Of a stretch of DNA of 64,000 bases, positions 56,250-64,000 are shown in pieces. Numbering within the stretch: position 1 is the first letter of the stretch; each line of letters opens with the position of its first letter. The stretch covers positions 8,990,001 through 9,054,000 of the forward strand of contig NC_043025.1 of assembly GCF_006345805.1 (NCBI RefSeq). Direction: 5' to 3'. The position numbers were made by a program, and so were the translations under genes. The stretch is from Octopus sinensis. Its lineage: Eukaryota. The notes under the pieces are model-generated. The model was given only the letters and a program-made list of their open reading frames with translations. It ran no database searches and was not told where the DNA came from.

Positions 56250-58190
56250 ATAACATACAATAATATACAATAACACATTCAATATAGAATCAACACTAGT
56301 CCATTTACAAATGAAGCACTGAGCTTCTTACACATTATAACACTGAGGCTTTTCAACCTCTTGTCAATCCTCATCATCGCTTGTGTACGTGTACTTCACC
56401 ATCGCCCATGCTTACTTTAAAATCAAGGCGGACTCCGAGTTGGCGTCACCCGGCCACGAGCGATATTCCTCTTTTAGTCCCCCCAGCCTATGTAACATGC
56501 GTAACCTTATCACCTCCACAGCTATCTGCGGAAGCCATTCGGGTTACCGTGCGAAGGCCAAAGGTACTCCCTTGTAGTGTTCTACCACCACATTTTCCAC
56601 CACTCCCCCTCTATAACAGAAGTCCAGCGGTTCTTCCTCCTCCGGGTCCGAGGTAGTCAATTCTACCGTTGGCTGCACAATTCTTACCAAGAGTGTCTAC
56701 CCACGCAACCCCGCCGGTGGAACAACCCCCACCGATGAGGCTCCATGTATCCGACTGCCGGCAATATCCCGTTTCTTCTCTTCCTCTTTTTTCTTCTTGA
56801 CTGTGGGAGGGTGCGTCTCCTCCGTGACCGGGACATGTGCCCGCCCTCCCTCATTCCCAGAATCCTTCGGTGAGCACCCATTATTACTCACCTTCTTCAT
56901 TTTGCGGCTCTTCTTTGAGGCATCCTCTGACACCTCGGCTGCCTTCAATTCCTCCTCTACAGTGTTCTCCGTCAACCGCTCCAGGACTTTGCTTTGCCGT
57001 TGAGGACAGTTCTTTTTTTATATGGCCAGGCTCCAGACACCGATGACACTTGGAGGGGGGCTCCCTCAAGCATCACCAGATACTTGGACCCGCCCATTCT
57101 CAAAAAGTCTGGAAATTCCAGACTTTCCGCTGACTGGGTCCAGAGGGTCAAAACAGCTTTTGACCCCTCCCAGCAAGCCGCAGGTAGAATATTTACATTG
57201 AAGAGTTTGGTGCTACTGCCACCCAGACCCCGGCGGATAGTATCTCCTATCCACTCGGGCTCAACTCCGAGTGATAAGCCGTAAGCCCAAGCGTCGTCAA
57301 CTTCTTCCCACAATAAGTGAGAAGAAACAAAATTTCATTGCCTTCTAGGAGCTGGCTCGCAAATACACAATCTATTTCTGGGGAGTCAAACAGCAACCAC
57401 ACGGTTGCATATTTGACCCTCCGAGTGATAAACTTGATATCTGGCTTAAATTCTGCCATCTCTCTTTCGATTATATTTTTTTGAAAACAGCAATGGCGTC
57501 GAGGATCCTAGAGTAGGTCCTCAAAATCACCGTCTTACTTTCAAGTTCTTTTAATCATCCTTTGGATGGTATAAATTCCAAATACACCAGCTTCCCATTG
57601 TTCTTTGCCATGTTTATTTTAAAAAAAGTCCAAAAAACACTTCATAAAATACAAAATAATTAAGGAAAAAGAAGGAAGAGAAAAAGTCCAAACAAAAAAG
57701 GAGAAAAAATTAACAGTTCAATAAAGTGTCTTTTTTTAAATAAAAGAGAGACGAAGAGAGAGAGCAGCAGTTCAAAACACAACAAAAGCCACTTCGTACT
57801 CCAGGCCAAAATGTTAACACAAATCATTTCAATTTTCTTCTCATAGGTACTCCTTAACAGGAACAATATTGTTGAAATCTTTTCTAAAAATTCCCAGAGT
57901 TATTCCTGAACAAACGCTATTCTCAAATACAATTTTGCGCAGGATATGCCCACCAAAACAATAATTTTCACAGTTAAGTGAAAAAATATTCACTCAGCTA
58001 CAGGTAGACTAGAATCCAGTGAAGACTTCTTGTGTGTAAATAATTGCCGCAGACAACAGGTCCCCACTAGACCCCCACCCACCAAAGTTTTACCTTACAA
58101 CTGAGGTTCAAAAATCTTCAATTTAAGACGGCTTCAAAAACACCTCTTTACAGTTTCAGTAGCAAACACAACTCTGATTCGCACATGCTC
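56250..58190 (-). mobile_element. Gag-like ORF1 retroelement with CCHC zinc knuckle, no ORF2 seen
   Basis: MAEFKPDIKFITRRVKYATVWLLFDSPE..TYCGKK, YGLSLGVEPEWI and KCHRCLEPGHIKKE (knuckle), followed by a Lys/Glu-rich tail; frameshifted. Confidence 0.65.
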
Positions 58191-58959
58191 AATGAGGTAA
58201 GCAAGCTACTTACCACACAGCCACTCCTGCACTTGTTCTGGTGATGATATTAAAATTTTTTTTTCACCTCAACGTTGGAAATGATGGCAGGAAGGTCTTT
58301 AAAAATTTTTTGAATGTATGTTGATTTTTTTTCAAATCCCCAATCCCAATCGGTACCGATTTTGGCCAATGCTTTTGAATGACGCATGAACAAAAGTTTT
58401 AAATGAAAAACTTTGGAAATCGGTGATCACCATTATAATCCACACTTTTTTTCAAACAAAATGTGAAACGTAATTTGAAAACAAAGCGACATTCCACGGA
58501 ATTAATAATAAACCTTTTCAGTGACTCCTGAATAATTTATCCAAAAAATCAGAAAGCGTAGACTGTTTTGTGTGTGTATGAAAGGAATGTTTCTCATCTG
58601 CTATTCAATGAAAATTGAAGGAAACTGATAATTACTTAATGCACTTTATATATATACTTTATATACTTTATGTACGATTTTATAGACTTAATACACAGCA
58701 ATCATAAAATAAATATTCAATTTTTTATTCTTTTTTCCCCATTGAGAGAAAATAATTACATTTTAAAATTTACATGGCCACAAACTCATATCAAGAAAAC
58801 AGAAAATATTATAGTAAAAAAATGATTTTATAGGTAAAACAGAGGGTTGAAAATTTAATGCAACATGGCATCGTCTGAAAGCCACATCGTTGTAGATCAT
58901 AAGAAAGGCGGTGCATCAGAGCTTATACATATTTCAATTTGCGTACACCTTTCAATCTA

Positions 58960-61320
58960 ATACTTCGTTTCAGATTGTGCTGTTCGCGTAACTTCTCCCT
59001 CTTCTTTTCCCTTCTTTGTCAGTGTTGATAACTTTAACTTTAATATCAGATAATGTTTGTGAGCCGTTGGGAAACAACATATAGTTGACCATTAATACGC
59101 AGTTTCAGGCAAGAATAGCTCCAGTTTATCGAATGCCTGCCCATGTGATTTATTGATAGTCATTGCAAATGTCAAGCGAACGGGATTAGGTGTCTCAGTG
59201 CCAGCCTTATTCTGTGAATGAGAATACGTCTCCCGATCAATGTGCCACTTATTACTGAGGCTTCAATCGAGTTTTGATGGAAGGCCTCCACTTCCAGTCT
59301 TGTTCCGTTATAGAGACCATTTTCAATTGAAATATTCCTCAGGAGCATGATTATGGAGTCAGGTTTCAAATACAATCTAAGAGGTGGCATTCCAGATGGT
59401 ATCCATGGAATCAGAAATTCCAGTGGATATCGCTCAGCTTCAGCAGGTCATCTATGAAGATCTTATCCATGCTGTAATAAAAGCACTGGTCCCCTGGGAG
59501 TTTATCCATAACCCCTTCGTTTATCTTTAAGTAGTCTGAACTTTTTGGTGAGAGGATCACTCTACTTGTTCTTTGTTCTTGAGGGGCATTGCCAAAAAGC
59601 ATCATTTATCAGCGACCCATTAAAGCATGAATCATGTAGCACGTTTACATCATCACTGACTCACTTGGACCTTGCACAAGAGCTGTGGTGCCATTGTCAA
59701 AGTGTAGTGGTCATGTTGCGAATTCTCTTCGATCTGTTATTGCTCTATTTTGGCTCAACATATAAATGTATGAAGTGTAACCAGAGAGGAGAGTTCTCAA
59801 TGCAGACCTCAATTACTGCCTCACGAGTTCCTCTTGGCAATATTGGCAGAACTTGCCTGAAGTCTCTACCAATGAACACAGCTTTTCAACCGAAACCTTT
59901 ATTGTTGCCAGTGATTTCTTTCAGAGCTTTGGCATTAGCATGAAAAGCATACAGAGAGATCGTGGAAGCCTCATCTATAATAATCAAATACAAATTTCTC
60001 AAATAATTTGTGTGGTCAGACGTGGGTGGTACATTGCAAAAGCTAGTTTCCAACAGAGGAACGGGCAATTTGAACAAATTGTGCACCATCTTTCCACCAG
60101 ATAGCAATGTTGAAGCTATGCCTCTCCACGAACCACAGCAAACTTGATAGGTTCTCCTTCGTAGATGGGAGATCAGTGTATTAAATATGTAATTCTTGTC
60201 CCAACCTCCAGGAACATCTGTGCAGAAACAGGAACATTCCTGCACCTCACCTCACCCTTTTAACTGTCTTCAATGACTGAATCAGTGACCACTCTCTGTT
60301 CATCACTAAGGGTTGGAATGAGTGGGTAGTTCACGTCCTCTTTATGCTCAACCCGTTACACTCCAACCGGTTCATGCAAGGCAGTATAAAGGCAGCTAGT
60401 GCTATTTTCAATTAGCACGGAATTTATGGAGTGTAGAGTCTGCATTCTGACCTCGCTGAACATAGTCTTCCATCATAGAGTACTTGTAAGTGTTTCCACA
60501 GGCGAAGGACATTAAAGAGCCATTCTCCATACAAAGGTCATGTACCATGAATTTATTTAACTAGATCATAGAAATTTCGGTTAATACCATTCTGTCTACA
60601 TCATCTCTGATCTTCACTTTGTCTACGAGCATATGGCAGTGTGGAAGTCCACTATTTTGAAACTCGATGATATGGGCATGAACTATTGATACATCAAATA
60701 CGTGTCTGTCCTTTATATCCTTCAGACGTTCAGTGAGATACAACTTGTACACTCTTGCAACCAAATCTGGTCAGTTTCCTGGTGTCCCATTTTGCTGCAG
60801 ATTATTTTCTATTTCATGGCACTTAAGGTTGGATGTATATGTGACAATTAAGTCAGGTTTACCATACTCTGATGCAATTGGCATTGCATCCTGATTATAT
60901 TGATGCATATTCCGAGTACAGCTCCTGACTCAACATTCTCATCAGCTGCTCTCTGCAGGTAGTCCATAAGTCCACTGTACTGCTCTACGAGCAACTGGGC
61001 CTGATGGTCCCCAAGGTACTGCAATCAGCAACCCTAAATTACATCGTGAGTCGTCTGCGAGCGGATGTTCTGCGTTTCGCCACATATAGAATCCCACAGT
61101 GCCATCCGGACTTTACATGAGGGAATATAAGTAGATAGCTCATTGGGACTAGATGGCACAATGTCTACGCGATTCACTCTGCAGGGGTATTCCATGGATA
61201 GACAAGAATGTCTCTATTTTCACGGTGCAGCTATTTCATTGCTTGTGGAAAAATTGGAACGATTTATATAATCCCTTCCTCTGAAGTGTAGTTCACACTT
61301 TCGTAATTACATTTTACCTG
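58960..61320 (-). pseudogene. Helitron RepHel relic, copy 2 (lacks ~0.9 kb present in copy 1)
   Basis: MVARVYKLYLTERLKDIKDRHVFDV..IEFQNSGLPHCHML, GGWDKNYIFNTL..GIASTLLSGGKMVHNLFKLP..IIIDEAS and IMLLRNISIENGLYNGTRL; collinear with 44650-47870. Confidence 0.9.
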
Positions 61321-61932
61321 CTGGCACTTTCATTCTCTTGTTGTTCAATTAAGTGCTTATTCCTATATAACTCATCTTTTTTCAACTGCTTTATCCTCTC
61401 TTGAGGAGTCATTTTCGTTTCTTCTTCGTCTTCTTCTACCACTTTGCTACATATATACTATCCCTGATTTATTTTCCTTCACCATCCCCCTCCTCCTCCT
61501 CCCCCTCATCATCATCATCAGTATCATCTTCAGCGCTATCATATTTATAGTCCTTCTGCTAATCATATTTTCGTATTCACTAATCGTTATAATTTATCTT
61601 GTCATCATAACTATTTCCTTCCACCATTTACTCTGCTATTTCTAGCATGCAGAATCATCATCACCTTCCTAATCAAAGTCGTCATTAACCAATTCATCGG
61701 TAGCCTTTCTCATTGTTTTCGATAATAATCATCATCATTATCCCCCTTTTCCTCCTCACCGTCATTATTATAACATTTACCATCAACATCGCCACCCTCC
61801 TCCCCCTCATCATCATCATCATCATCCCTGCCATTTCCTCTTTTCTTTATATGATTCTGAAGATACAAGATCTCATATTTTATTAGAAATCTTTTTAATA
61901 CTCTTTCTTTTTAACTGTGTTTTTTATTTCAG

Positions 61933-62004
61933 AGATTTCGATACGAATAAGATCACGACTATCCAAGAAGCAGCCTTTCAAAATCTTCCAAGTTTACGCT
62001 GTTT
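61933..62004 (+). CDS. 72-nt LRR exon (phase 2-2), paralogue of 48759-48830
   Basis: TTTATTTCAG acceptor and GTAAGT donor; translates (L)DFDTNKITTIQEAAFQNLPSLRCL. Confidence 0.85.
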
Positions 62005-62412
62005 GTAAGTTGGATCAGTTTTTTTGATATTATTTTATTCACAAAATTGTTCTATAAATTTAATGTCTATCATTCTTTCTCTCGCTCTATCTCTATCTTA
62101 TGTTCTGCTACTGTATTCCTGTTTGAATGCGTATGAAGGTGTCTACGATTGTTTCTCCCTATCCCTCTCTTTCTGCTCCACTCTTCGACTTACTTTCGTT
62201 TTCTCATTCCTTTTTCTTTCTCTTGGTCTCTCTTTCCATTCAACTAATCACGTGAAAGCATTACAGTCACGTTCCTTCTACCTTAGAGAAAGCGTTACCG
62301 ACGGACTAATTAACATAATGACAAGCAGAATTATTATAAGATCAGAAATATTATATTTAGGTTTTCTTCATGACAGACTTCTTCGTTTCCTCCTTATTTT
62401 TTACATCATTGC

Positions 62413-62450
<38 letters not shown>

Positions 62451-62500
62451 TTCATCATCATCATCATCATCATCATCATCTTCTTCTTCTCCTTCTTCTT

Positions 62501-62559
<59 letters not shown>

Positions 62560-62847
62560 TCATCGTTGTTTCCTTTTTCGGCCTATTCTTCATCAACTTT
62601 CTCTTATGTTAGTCATCTTCTTCATAAGATCACGATATGACATCCAATGTCATTTCCACAAACTAAACGTCTCTCTTATCTTGTTTATTTACCCTCATTC
62701 TTCTACAATTCATATTGTCTTGCAATTTGTGTGTGCCTGTGTGCAAGAAAGTGGGAATATATGTGTGGGCTGGAAGTGAGAGTGTGCGTTCATACATCAG
62801 GGTTTGATAACGTATATATAGGTGTATGTGTTTATGTGCATTTATAC

Positions 62848-62910
<63 letters not shown>

Positions 62911-62937
62911 CAAAATAAGCAACAAGAATGACTCCGG

Positions 62938-63029
62938 TAATTTGGTACGATCGTTTCGCACTACATCATTTTATTAAATGTTGTAAGTATTACAACAGTA
63001 TTAAAATGTTGAGCACTCATCAGCCATTA
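62938..63029 (-). ncRNA. Type I hammerhead ribozyme motif with extended stem II
   Basis: TAATGG CTGATGA GTGCT..long stem with inner TGTTGTAA/TTACAACA hairpin..AGTGC GAAAC GATC GTA CCAAATTA; all core nucleotides present. Confidence 0.7.
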
Positions 63030-63099
63030 TTAGAGGTTTTCCATTAATACATAATTTTCATATCAAGTCGCAACATTATAGAGAAGGTAGATGTATAGA

Positions 63100-63900
63100 G
63101 AAAGATGTGGATTTAAATTTTAAGAACATTTGAGGTAGTCAACTGACTGACTAAGATTCAGTTGTTCCAGACTACTGTAAGGTTCTGAGAGGGAGAATGA
63201 ATGAATGAAAGGCGACAATAAAGATTTTCTATTTATAGAAATGGGGTGAGATGGATGTCAGAGCTCCATATAAAGGAATTTATGTAGAAGACAGGAGTGT
63301 CACAACTAAATGCCAATTACTACTATTTGATGAACAGATCCAGCGTTAGGAGAACTAGGTCAATGACAAATGGTCACAATAACATTCACAGAGAATGCAG
63401 AGACCTTATAAAAGCCATGCACATCATCACAACAATCAGCCTATAGGGTCCGAGTACTTTGACACGTTAGAATAAAGGGAAAATATATATATAAAATTTA
63501 TTCAATTCATAGAAAAGACTATCACTTATTATGAGTAGGCATAGTACTTATTAACTGGGGGAAAATCCTTATTAATCAAATGAATATATTAGGGGTCAAA
63601 ATATATACTAGGAAAGATGGAAGAGGTCACAATAACATTCACAGTTGGTCTATAAGTTCCGAGTACTTTGACACTTTAAAATAAAGGAAAAAACATAACT
63701 CTAAAATTTATTCAATTTGGAGAAAAAGTCTATCACTTATTATGAGTAGGCATAGTACTTATTAACTGGGGGGAAAAGTCATATTAATCAAGTGAACATA
63801 TTAGGGGTCAAAATATATCCTAAGAAAGATGGATAAGGAAAAATCAAAGAAGCAAGAAATTCGTAGGTTTAGTAGTAGGTGGTTTAATAATATGAAGAGA
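63100..63900 (-). pseudogene. Highly decayed LINE RT C-terminal relic with a ~250-bp tandem duplication
   Basis: Weak motifs (SIYFDP, SF..RT..VWNN); 63373-63622 is repeated at 63626-63835. Confidence 0.35.
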
Positions 63901-64000
63901 GGTAATTTAGAAGAGTAAATTATTCAGATTTCATAGATAGTGAGTTGATATTAATGAATTAAAATATAGGATCTGTTGGAAATAATATTTACTACCTGCG

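Overview
AT-rich, repeat-saturated animal genomic DNA, very likely octopus (its tRNA-derived SINE families match ones I recall from octopus; not confirmed by a search). One 100-N scaffold gap lies at 33728-33827. Most of the window is SINEs, triplet and dinucleotide microsatellites, and decayed mobile elements: Penelope-like elements, CR1-like, RTE and R4/Dong-like LINEs, two mariner fragments, two gag-like ORF1 elements and two Helitron RepHel relics. The only well-supported host coding sequence is a pair of 72-nt, phase 2-2 leucine-rich-repeat (LRR) exons on the + strand (48759-48830 and 61933-62004). Each lies at the end of a paralogous multi-kb module (Penelope RT relic, shared spacer, Helitron relic, LRR exon). 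The two exons differ at all six concave-face LRR positions while 23 nt of the convex-side coding sequence is identical, which suggests LRR expansion by exon-module duplication with diversifying selection. Also notable: two near-complete hammerhead ribozyme folds (54361-54409 and 62938-63029, both minus strand), a Penelope insertion with twin-priming geometry, and repeated tandem amplification of retroelement pieces. Almost all ORFs in the supplied track are microsatellite or repeat artefacts.
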